Position numbers and translations under genes: made by a program. A stretch of DNA of 64,000 nt from Podarcis melisellensis (lineage: Eukaryota): NCBI GenBank assembly GCA_964234715.1, contig OZ174282.1. One strand, written 5' to 3'. Numbering within the stretch: position 1 is the stretch's first letter; the number at the start of each line of letters is the position of its first letter. Under the pieces are notes generated by a model. The model did not search any database. It was not told the origin of the DNA and saw only the letters and a list, made by a program, of their open reading frames with translations. Below are positions 1 to 12,200 of this stretch, piece by piece.

Positions 1-329
1 GCCCTCAAATGTTGTGAATTAAGCAGACCCCTTAGGTTTAGCTAGCAGAGAACCAAATGAAAATTGCCTTTTCGCTGCTTGCTTCAGATCCCTTTTCCTG
101 CCTGCCCCACCTTGTCCTGCTTTCATTGCTGAAGGAGAGTTAGAAGCGTTGAGGATTAGTGGCACCCTGGCTTAGGAATTTCTAAAGGGGAATTGGCTGC
201 GTCCAATGGGACTGGCAGCAAAATATCAGTCCCCTGTTCTTAAATGAATGTGGTGCAGGTAAGGTAACACTTAAACCTGGTTAACATACCAGGCATATCA
301 TGAAACCAGGGGCTCAGCCAGAGCCTGGA

Positions 330-1140
330 TTTGAGGGCTTATGCCTGGAATTGGGACAAAGAGACAGCGTGGGTGTTGCTGGTGTCTCATCTATCCAGCT
401 TTATCTGAGCCAGCAGATGTAGTTTCAGGGTTGAAGAACCAGGGATGATTCTTCTGGGGGACTTAAACATCATGGGTGAACCTTAATACATTACTGCTCT
501 ATTGCATTTGGTAGTGTGTGTGCTTGATGTGTGGTCTGCTATAGAACATGTGTGGAGTGATCTGCTATTAAGTGATCTGCTATCAATTCTTTTGCCATGG
601 TCAGAACAGGGGGTCAGAACACTTGACTTGGTGGCAGCACATCCTTTCTGCGGGATCATTATTATGGTCCATTTCTGGAGAATTAGATAATTAGAGGAAT
701 TCTTGAATGCTCTGGGGGACATGGCTTCTGGTCTTGCTGAGGCCCTGATAGCACTCTGAAAAGATGAGATGGAGAGGACCATCCATGTGATTGCTCTTAG
801 TGCTGCAGAGCCTGTGAGGCTCTTTGGTCTTCTGGGGAACTGTTAGCCAGTGAAGCAGGCTGGGCGATGGCTGGTGTGCAAGTTCTGCAAGTTACGGAGG
901 AAAAATGATGAAATACAAATGAGAACAGGACATGGTTGTGCTTTCCATGTGGTAGTGAGGGCAGCAAAAAAAACTTATTTTGCCGCCTCCTTTTGCATCC
1001 TTAAGGAGCTGTCCAGCAGAGTTGTTTTGAGTTTGTATTAAATGTAAAGATGCTATCCCAGGGAAGAGGGGGGTGGGCCCCTCTGTCTCTTGCTATGACA
1101 AATTTGCAAAGCATTTTGAGGATAAAGTTGTTCCTGTCAG
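330..1140 (+). mobile_element. Decayed LINE ORF2 relic (L2/CR1 group, endonuclease and linker region)
   Basis: Broken-frame remnants LLGDLNI (GDFN motif), TLDLV, MKQAGRWL, VRAAKKTYFAAS and CYDKFAKHFEDKV occur in the expected order. Confidence 0.6.
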
Positions 1141-2852
1141 CTTGAAACGAAGATATGGCTGGACCAACTTCTATTTCCCATTTTAGAACCAGCTCTATGA
1201 CTTGAAAATCATTTATTGGTACCTGGAATTAAGCAGACATTTCTGTAATTAGAGCTAATGTATTTATTGTTTTCAGGAGCTATAGATTTGGTGTGTTAAA
1301 GGGAATTTTGTTCCCGTCCCCCACTGAAATCATTGTGATGAAAGGTAGTTAATAAATATTTTAACTAAATAATATAGTGAAATAGAAACAAGACTAGCTT
1401 CAGTCTAGAGAACCGGGAGAGGTGAGGGAACTGCCATAACTGTGATTTGCTCAGTTCAGGTGTTATACAGAGTTAACATACATTACATTTGCAAGCACAC
1501 TTCAAGCTATGGAAGCCTGTACCCAGGTTTGTGACCAACTCTTGTCTCTCTCTCAGGTATTGAGATGTAACACTGAACCATTTTTAAGGGGAAACAAGCA
1601 TTTTTTTTTAAAAAAGGTGTTTTATTATTGAGTCTGCTGTTTTTACTACTGTATTCTAGTGATACTAGTGGTTTTAATAGTGCTGTGTCTTTCTAGTGCT
1701 CTGTTTTACAGTTCTGTTAGTGTAAATTGCTTTGGAAACTAGTTTGAAAAGAGGGCTCTATAAATAACTTAAAATAATAATAAACAAATAAGCATGGGGG
1801 TCCGCAAGGGCCATGGAAACATCAAGCAAAATTGGTTCTTTAGGTGAATCTAGCCACTTCTTTCAGTTTCCTAAGTACATCTAAAATACCTCCATCCACA
1901 CTGTGTCCACGCTGGTTTGTATAAAGAATATGCACCACAACAGCTGCACAATGGCACATTTCTCTCTCTAATCTGTCTGATTGCACAGAAATGCACAGCA
2001 CAGTGGCTGCTTCTGCTTCTGTGAATCTGGAAGGGGGATGGGTGGGATGCTAAGCCATCTGCATTCATCATGGAGGAGGGGGAATGCCCTGATTGGCAGG
2101 CAGTGGCTCAGTGATGGACAGATGTTATCTGAACTGCTGGCTGGCACAGGGCTGGCCTTTCTCATCACCCAACCAAGGAGAAAAGTCCTTTAAAAAATAC
2201 TTTGGTAAATAAAAAAATTTAGGCCATAATATAGCTGCTACATGAAACATGCTAGCCTTGTGAAGCTATGGCCAAGCTTTTGAACAAGCTACATTTAATA
2301 ATAACACAGTCTGACTCAATGAGACCACCCCTTCCAAATTCCTGGTGCTCATTGGCAGGGAGAGCAGTAGTAGGTGAAACCAGAGCCAACAAATTCCAGT
2401 TTTGTTCCCATCTCCCTCCCTGTTGAGTTCTTCCAGAGGTGGCCCTGAGACCCATGAGGAGTAAACTGACTGGCAGGTGGGGGCTGGACAAGGACAGATT
2501 GAGACTATTGAGCCAGTGCATCATTCACCGTAATGCACTAGCCTCCACTGCTTCATCAAATATCTCCCTTTTCTACCTGTGCCAGAACCCCAAGCCAGCT
2601 CACGAGACAAAATAATATCTGTTAGCAGACAGATGAAATGTAAAGCTTTTATACCAGTTAAAACAAAGATAAGATCAACCAATGAGCTGCAATTAAACCA
2701 ATCAGAAAGCTCATCTCTCTCCTTTCTGCACCTTCCTCAGCACCTAAGGTGAGCTGGTTATCTGGCTGCCTGAGGCCAATGGCTTACCTTGACATGCAGC
2801 AGGGCCATCCGGCCTTGACCATGCACTCTCACTCCAAAGTGTTTCCTTGCCA

Positions 2853-3040
2853 TAGAAGTTGCCTTACATCAAGTCAGACCCTTGGTCCACCTAGCTCAGT
2901 ATGGTCTACAATGATCGTCAGCTGCTCCACAGGGTTTCAGACTGGGGACATTTCCTAGTTCTACCTGGAGATGCCATGGGCCATTGAACCTGGGACCTTC
3001 TGCGGGCAAGGCAGTTGCTCTACCACTGTGCTACAGCCCT
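2853..3040 (-). mobile_element. tRNA-derived SINE (Squam2-like)
   Basis: Reverse complement has a tRNA-like head (GGGCTGTAGCACAGTGGTAGAGCA...GGTTCAA) and the same body as the copy at 7601. Confidence 0.75.
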
Positions 3041-3124
3041 TCTTCCCCCAGCAGTTTCACTGCATCTGACATGGTGCTCTGCCAAATGAAACGACTGCTT
3101 CAAGGCTGTGGTCTTCTCTTCCAG

Positions 3125-3291
3125 ATCTCTGACATCTACATCAGTGGAGAGTCGGGAGACATGTCCGCCAAAGAAAAGCTCCTTCTATGGACGCAGAAGG
3201 TGACGGCGGGCTATGTGGGAGTGAAGTGCACCAACTTCTCATCCTGCTGGAGTGATGGAAAGATGTTCAATGCTATTATTCACAGATACAG
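3125..3291 (+). CDS. MACF1: MACF1 exon, CH2 domain (ISDIYISG...IIHRYR)
   Basis: ccag|ATC...TACAG|gtacgt; phase 0-2. Confidence 0.95.
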
Positions 3292-6200
3292 GTACGTGTC
3301 TGTTTTCCCCGCCCAGCTAGGAGGGCAACCTGGAAAAATGGGAAAACTTCTAAAGCTAAAATGAAATCATGTGCAGATGCTAAATGCTCAAATTCTGCGG
3401 TTTGAGTCCCAAATACTGAGATTTCTTACTTTAAATTCTGAAATCTGATTTTGAATACACTTAGAATGTGTTTATCTGTAGCAGACGTTTCTGACAACAG
3501 CAGTCTGCAAATGTGGAATCACATTTTTTTCCCTGTCTCCTGCAGGCCAGATTTAGTGGATATGGAAAGAGTTCAGATTCAGAGCAGCCGAGATAATCTG
3601 GAACAGGCCTTCGAGATTGCAGAGCGGCTTGGGGTCACCAGGTTGCTGGATGCAGAAGGTGATGATGGGGCAAGTCAGCTGGGCAAATGCAGTGACTTTT
3701 GAGCAGTGGACATGGCATTCTGTTGATGCTTCACTATACAACCTGGCTGCCTCTGAGTAAACTCCACATGCTGACCTGCTTCTTATGGTTTCATGACCAG
3801 CCTAATGTTTACTCGGTTGATTCTGATACCTTTCTGAACGAATAAATATAAAGTTTGGGGTGCTGCTGGTGGGAAATCTACCATTTTTTGCTGGTCAGTC
3901 TTGTAGTCGGCAGCCTCCTGTCCATCTCCTTCCAAGCCCCCATCCATCTTTTCCTTGGGAAGGGAGTATGCTGTACTGGGTGCTGCTAGCCAAAGGTGCC
4001 TGTGGTACTTTCACCCAACAGCATTCAAGATACAAGCACAATGCCCTATCAGAAGGAAGGGTTGACAGGAAAGGGAGTATTTTCCCACTCTGAAGCATGA
4101 AATGTTGGTGGGCAGGTGTGGGGTTGCTAGATTGGTTTCGCCTTGGTTGCACAGCGGCCAAACAACCCCCAGCTCTCCTCCCAGATTTGAGCCAGGGAGG
4201 TGGCAAGGAATGCTGCACACCCACCAGGTGTTCCTCACTCACCTCTGCAACTTCAGTGTTGTCAGGGGTAAGGCCTGTTGCTGACCATGCTTGCCAGTGA
4301 GCTATGCTTGCCAGTTACCCTTGCCATGGCAAGCAGAATGGTTGAAACTTGATTAGGATAGGGCACAATTGTTGTTGTTTAGCACTGTTCTGTGTATGTT
4401 GTGCTTTTAAGGAGTTGCATAAGTTAAAGGACAGGTAGCTGCCTGCAGAGGAGCTCACAGCCTAATTTTTTTTACAGTGGAGTGAAGGTAAGAAATGGAG
4501 GGAGGAGGAGGCACAGGAACAGCAGAGAGGATCGAATCATGTAGGACCTCTAGAAACACTGTCAGGCATCTATTTATTTTACTGATTTGAATAAATAAAT
4601 AGATTTGCACTGATTAATCAAGTAAGGCTTCTGCTTAAGATTCATGTCAGATCTGAAGCTCTCTCTTAGAGTTGATTTAAACATTCAGCAGAATTTCATG
4701 CTGCTGCTTTCCTTGGGTTGCATGTTTATCTGTTCTGCTCTCTGTGTATGCAGGATGTGTGTTTGCGTGTGTGTGTGTGGTTATGCAAAAATGTATACGC
4801 TCCTTTTTGCTTCAAAAAGGGCTGCTCAAAGTGGCTTACAGAATATAAAAACAAGCATAGAAATGATTAAAGCACATTTAGCAGACTAAAGGCAGCATCA
4901 AAGAGAAAAAGCACAGAGCCAAAACTAAAAATAAATAAATTTAAATTAGGCTCTCTTCATTTAGAAAATCAGAGTGCCAGGGAAGAAGAATTCTAGGCTA
5001 GCTTGTTTTCATTGTGCAAGGAGTATTCTCTCCTCCACAGTAGAGTTTTGAAACCTTTAATCACACACATATGTTAATATTGAAGTTATACAGTCCAGGA
5101 AAATCTTTATGTGGTTTGGCTCTTGGGATGTATTTTTATGAATAGGAACACAAAACTACCTTTCATGCTTCAGTTCTTCTTTTCAGTCCACCCATTTGAC
5201 TGCTTCATTCTTTCCCCTTTCTTCTAGATGTGGATGTTCCCTCACCAGATGAAAAGTCTGTGATAACTTATGTGTCTTCAATTTACGATGCCTTTCCCAA
5301 AGTTCCAGAGGGAGGAGAAGGCATAAGTGCCACCGTAAGCTTTGCTGCTGCTTTTTCATTCTGATGAGACCATCCTGGCACATGAATGGCTTTTGGAATG
5401 GGTCATTCCAAAATGTTTTGGAAATTGCTCTCAGGAAATGGATAATGTGCATATGTTGACTTGGATGAGCGGGTGGGCAATTAGCTGGGGGGAAAACAGG
5501 AACCTTGACTAATCAAAATTTGGACAATGTGCTTCTACAGTATTGGGAGGAATGCTTTAGAAATCCATACCATACCGTTATATGTCCAACCAAAATGTCA
5601 CAAAGTTGAGTGCAAGCTTTTGGGTTCTCCAGAACTATTTATAATGCTTGATGGTAAACAAAGAGGGAAAGAGGTGGAGAAAAATGCATATATTTGATGG
5701 TGAAGCCCTCTCAGTCTGCATCTTGTAAGAGTTAAATTGGAGTGAGGGGTGAAGTAGCAGACAGTCAGCTGAGGCTGTACCTGCTGTTTAGGTATGAGGT
5801 ACTGAGGCCCCTTGCGTAGCAAAAAAAGATAGACTGTGGCTGTTCTGCTACCTGTGTAAGTTGAAACACCATTACCTAGGTCTGTCCTTTATCCTTATGG
5901 GAAACACACAGGTTCCTTCAGAGGCAGACAACACAGAAGCTAGGTGGGCTTGTATTGACAAAAGTTGAGGTTGGTGGTTTGCTCCATTACAAGAAGAAGA
6001 AGTCAATAGAAACCCAATCAGGTAGCCACACCTAGCAGTTGAAGAGGATGTTCCCCCTGAGAATAAAGTTCCATCTTCAGGTGGCATAAAATCCTCTCTC
6101 TTCAGATCAGGATCCTATTCCTGAATGGATGTGTAGCTCTGAAAAAGCATCACAAAAAGGGGAAGTTGTTGTCCTTTTACTGCAAAAGGCCGGACAAAGA

Positions 6201-9200
6201 CTTGCAAAGCTTTAAACTAAAGGAGTGGCCATTCCTGGAGACCTAGGACTTGATGGCCCTGTTGCTGGGCTCTGAGACCTTGATCCATACCAAATTGGAT
6301 GGACACCATCTCTGGCAGCAAGCTGGGTGTTACCCTGATACAGTATTCTGAGACTCAGCGGAAAGCATGCACCTTCATGTCTCGTCCTTTCTCTAATTTG
6401 GCTTAATATTTTGTCTACTGTTCGTTTAGAGCAGTTACTTCCTAATCATTTATCTCACATAAAAGGCTGTTCTTTCCCTCTCTTTCTGTAGGAAGTGGAC
6501 ACAAGGTGGTTAGAATACCAGAACCATATAGATTCTCTCATCTCCTGGATCAAGCAGCACACGATAATGATGTCTGACAAATCTTTTCCCCAGAACCCTG
6601 TAGAGCTCAAGGTAAACTTCAGATCCATTTTCTCTAGCCATGCCTTGTATGCTTCCTTATGTGAGCCCCCCACTCTGCTCTTCACTGAATGATTATTGTT
6701 ATCTTTCCTCAAAATCTAAATCAGAATATTTATTGGTATGTGCATGGGGCAAATCACAGCTCAGGTTCGGTTCATACAATCCCTGAACTGACTTCCAATG
6801 ATAAGCTTAGCGACTAAGGTACAAAGAGCCACTAATCCCCAAAAGATCAGAGAGATTCTCTCTTCCTCTCAGCCTGTGTCATCTGCAACAATCTTATAAT
6901 TTCTATTGTGTGTGGAGGTCACACTTGTGGAGAAATGGTCTCACTGGTGAATGATCCAGAACTGACACTGCAAATCTCTTGCTCATGTAGACAGTAGTTA
7001 CTAGTGTAGGACAGGTGCCCTTGGGACTCCCCCATGTGCCATCTGTGTGTCTTCCTCAACTGCCTGGTTGGAATGTGCCCTTGGATTATGATAATGCCTT
7101 TTCCTTGTCTGGGTGGAGAACAGAGGGGTGTTTGTGTGCCTGGCTTTTGCATGGCTGGAATGCAGCATGCTGTGCAAAGGTTTAAGTTCTTTACCAAAGG
7201 TGTCATGGGCTTTGAAGACACTCGTACTCAGGACACAAGGGAGAAATGTGCTAGGAGGAAGGCATGCTTGGCAAATCCAAACCGTGATCAGCTCCCGCCC
7301 GGTGACCAATGTTCCCACTGTGGAAGGACGTGTGGATCCAGAATTGGCTTCCACAGTCACTTACAGACTCATTGTTAAAACCGTGTTTATGGAAGACACT
7401 AAAAGATGATGATACATGTTGCTCCACCTGTTTTTCCTTCTAGACCAACCCCCTAGTGGCATGTGTCCACTATAAGGTTATCTCATAAAGCGACCCTTGG
7501 GCTGAAAAAGGCTCCCTGTCCACATAGTGCAGAGTACAGTGATCTGAAAGCAAATACTAGGAGCATGCTAGGTGTTTGTGGATCAGAAGGCTGGAAAGAA
7601 GGGGGCATAGCTCATGAATTAGAACATCTGCTTCGTATGCAGAAGGTCTCAGGTTCAATCCCCAGCAGTATCTCCAGGTAGGGCTGGGAAAGACTGCCTG
7701 TTTGTGACCCTGGAGAGTCACTGCCAATCAGCATAGAGTTTACTGCACTAGATGAACTGATTGTCTGACTTGCTGTAAGGAAGCTTTCTGTGTTTCTAGC
7801 TGCAGATGACTCAAGTGAGTGAGCCAAGTCAGGGAAAAACAGTTAACCAGTCTATTGAGGAGACAGATAATGTTGATCACTTTGGAACCCAGATCTTGGC
7901 AAGATCTGTCCACTAAGGCTCCCCAGGGATTGGAGTCCACCTTGCATCTCTGTTGAGACTAATGACAAAGACCGAGGCAGCACTGAGCATCTCTCCCAGT
8001 TTCCTTCCATTTCTTTTTGCCTTCTGTCTGTTCATTCTTCAGGGATACTCTGTGGGTGAGGATGGGACACCTCCCCCCCCCCTATACTGTAAGGGCTAAT
8101 AGATGCTGCATATTTCCCCCACTTCCATGAGTAAAGTGATTTGCTGCATGATGACCACTTTGCTCTCTATTCTTGCAGGCACTTTATAACCAGTACATAC
8201 ACTTCAAAGAAACAGAGATCCCAGCAAAACAGCAAGAAAAACGAAGCATTGAGGATCTGTATAAACTACTGGAGGTGAGACAGGTTCTTGGATGAACGGG
8301 CAGTTCTTTTAAACATTAGAAAGCGTTTGGTGGACTTTAGTCACATTTGTTCAGCTTGTGTTTATCCTTCAGCAGCCTACCCAGCCTTCTTCATATATCT
8401 CTTTGGTTTTTGTCCTTCCTAGTCCCAACCTCATTCTTAAAAAAAATTGTTGTTTGTTCCTTGGTCATATAGTTTCTTAGCCATTGTTGCATCTCCCTTA
8501 TTTGCTAGAGTCAGGGGAAGACTGTCACAGTAGGAAATTACCAAGGCTCATATCTTTATTTTATTTATTACATTAATATCCCTCCTTTTCCACCAAGGGG
8601 CTCAGGGTGGCATATATGGTTCTCCCCTCCCTGCTCCCCATTTTATCCTCACAACTGTGGTAGATTAAAATGAGAGACATAGACTTGCCCAAGCTCATCC
8701 AGTGTGAGCTTTGTGACTGAGTGGGGATTCGAACTTGAGCCTCCCTGGTCATAGTCCAGCACTCTAACCACTACACTGTACCACGTTGGCTCTCATCTTG
8801 GCTTGTGCTTGGGCACGGGTAGAGTGAGTCCACAAAGGCCAGTCTCTGGGCCTGAAGAAACAGTTCCTCTCCATTTGTGCTTTCCAGACCTGGATTGAAT
8901 TTGGGCGCCTTAAGTTGCCGCAGGGCTATCACCCCAATGACGTGGAGGAAGAATGGGGCAAGCTCATCATAGAAATGCTGGAACGTGAGAAGTTGCTGCG
9001 GCCAGCTGTGGAAAGGTAGGTGGTGAACTGTTGAACGGGATGACTAAGAACACCCTTTCCCTGCCAGCTGGCAATGAAGTCCTTTGTGATGTAGAAAGTA
9101 GCATTAAAAACAATTAAACAGATGTCATAATCAATGATATATAAAACATCAGTTCTAATGAATAAATATTCCACTTTAAAAAGATTTTTTCTGGCTTTCT

Positions 9201-12200
9201 GTTTTAATTCTGGTGACTGACACGCTTCCTACAGGTTGGAGCTGCTGCTACAGATTGCAAACAAAATCCAGAATGGGACTCTCAGCTGCGAAGAGAAACT
9301 TACCCTGGCAAGGAACACGCTTCAAGCTGTGAGTCTTTCCCTTCTGTTATTCAGCTCTCCCTGATATTCTCTCAGATCCACTCCTGCAGGGTCTCAACAT
9401 GACAAATGAAGGCAGTCAAGACCTCTCAGCTTTCAATCAGCAACAAAACTTGTAGATTCTCTAACTAGGAAAATGCACATATAGAACAAAAGGTTTGGGT
9501 GGCTAGAAGAGTTTAATATGTTGGATTTAACACTGCCTCCAGCTCCCAAAGCTTCCTCACTTGTCTATTATCCCCCCTTGCTATCAGGAACACACAGCTC
9601 TCTTATCTGTAGGAGCTGGATGGTGTATTCCTTGGTCTTTCCTTAGGCCTCTCCTTCCTGCCTCCATCCTTCCCACAAGCCTTGCTCCTCTGCCATTCTT
9701 CCTCCAGCCTCTGTGTTTTTGCCTTTTGCTCACTCAGCACCCTACCCACCAGCCTCATTACCTCCAATATCTGAAGTGCTCCTGGCCCCTCTGCCCACTT
9801 CAGGCATGAAACTTGCTCTCATTTCTAGCTCCCTTTCAAGTGCAGCCAAAATAGATTTTCATGCCCTGCGCACATTGTATTACTTGACATCTTAAGGATA
9901 AACTAGAATGTTCATGAATATTCTACAACATCATGTCAGCTCAGCTCAATGGGACTTGCAAGTGATGGCTATTTATTTGCTTTTAAAATATGAGCTTCTG
10001 CATGTTAGTCAGATCTGCTTGCCCTAGAAATACACTTCAAAGTGAGAAACTCTGTAATAACCTCAAATCCTCTCCTGCCAGGATGAAGCGCACCTGGAGT
10101 CGGGCCAGTTGGTGCAATATGAATCTGACGTCGTCATGTACCTCCAGGAGTGTGAAGGGCTCATCCGCCAACTACAGGTGGATGTTCAGATACTCCGGGA
10201 TGAGAATTACTACCAGCTGGAGGAGCTGGTCTTCAAGTAAGGCGTTTCATGTGTGGAGCCAAGGAATGAGGGTGTGGGTTATATTCAGCTGGGCTCAGAA
10301 GGAGCATTTGGTGAACAAGAATGTTCTGATAGATGACATGCACTGTCAATGCAGTCCTGGTGGTGGTGGAACGAGTTTGGCAAATTTAAGCCAAAAATGT
10401 CTTGGGGAAACACCTTATTTGGGGCAGGGGGAGCAGAAGAGATTAGTATGTTGGGTCATCTTTCAAAAGCTCTTACCCCATCCTGAGGAAGTGTACAGAA
10501 ATGGGGTGGTGATGGTGGGTGTGTCTGGCTCGTGTGTGCAGGAACCTGCCCTGGTTGGAGAATGACCTTATGATCCCACAATGTCATCAACATTCTCCAT
10601 TCTGCCCTCCCTCGCTTGATTTCTCTCCCAGGATTGTGAGGCTTCAGGACGAACTGGTGACATTGAGACTGGAATGCACTAACCTCTATCGAAAGGGGCA
10701 CTTCTCCTCCCCTTCTTCCTTGGATTTTGTCCAGCCTTCCTCCCTGAGCACCAGGCACCTTAAGGCTGAGCCCTTGCTGAAGGGAACGCACACAACAGCC
10801 ACCACTGCCTCTACCTCCTGGTTCCGGAAGCCAATGACCCGTGCAGAGCTGGTGGCCATTTCGTCCTCCGAAGATGAGGGCAACCTCCGGTTTGTGTACG
10901 AGTTGCTCTCTTGGGTGGAAGAGATGCAGGTGTGTTGTTTAATGTTAAACAAAACATAATTCAGGTGGTGAGGTGTTTGTGTGGGCAGAACTGATGACGT
11001 TTTCAAATGCTTGGTGTGATCACTTAATACTCATTCTTTAAATCACTTTATTGTTTAAGGGGGCCTGGTTTACACTGCCTTTTGCCAACCTGGTGTTTTG
11101 GACTGCATTTCCCATTGGCCAGTACTGGTTTAGCAGGGTGAAATGTACTCTAACTTTTAAATCCTCCATCAGACAATTCCTTGGGAATGACTAGGGAAGT
11201 CTTAAACTGGCTTTAAATTATGCCCTGGCTAATGTTCTTGAGCAGCTTCCACGAATGTCTCTCTGAATGTCCTTGAGAGGTTGGTCCAAAGTTGACTTAG
11301 TTAACTGCATGTGCCCAGTTTCTTTTAATGGGACACAGAAAAGGAAGCTGTCCTTAAGTTACATATTTTAAAAGAAGCCCTATGAGAAGAACCCTGCTGG
11401 AATAAGGCCAACACCTGTCCAGTCCAGCTTCAGGTTCTCACAGTGGCCAAGCCTCTGAGAAGCTTGCAAGCAGGACCAACATTCAACAGCACTCATCCTC
11501 CTTTGTGCTCCCCAGCAACTGGCATTCAGAGGCATACTGCTTTCAACTGTGAGGGCAGAATAAAGTCCTTTTGGGTATTAACCTTTGGGCTAGTATCCCA
11601 GTTCACCTTGGTGAATTTCTTGATAGCCAACAGTTTCCAGAAGAATGGCATGACATGGTAGGAGTGTGATGCTTTCTGCCTCTTAATAATTGGGTTGCAG
11701 CAAGCAAGGGTTAGCTGTTTTTGCCCACAATTCAGCTGGGAAATGCTGACAGGTTGCCTCTTCTGTGCTGGTTTCAGATGAAGCTGGAACGGGCTGAATG
11801 GGGGAGCGACTTGCCAAGTGTAGAATCCCAACTGGAAGTCCAGCGCCATGTCCACAGCAGTGTGGAAGACCTAGGCTCCAGTGTGAAAGAGGCCAGGATG
11901 TATGAGGTAAGCAGGGACGCCTGGGATGTGAAGGGCGGCAGGACTGGTTTAGCTCACATTAAGAAAGGCATGGAGGTTCCAGAGCAGCTCCAAAGAAGAC
12001 AAGCAAAGTGTTGTTGGAGAGCATAATGTGGGAGGAAAGAACTGGAGGAGGAGGAGCTGATTTTTGCTTGGAGGAAGGATCCTCCTGCTGCAGGAAGGGG
12101 TTGCTTTAGAGTAGCCTTTCCTCTCTAGCTTGCACTCAGCTCCAGATGCTTTGGATGTCAACTCCCACCACAAACATGATATTTGGGATGGTTGGAGTTA

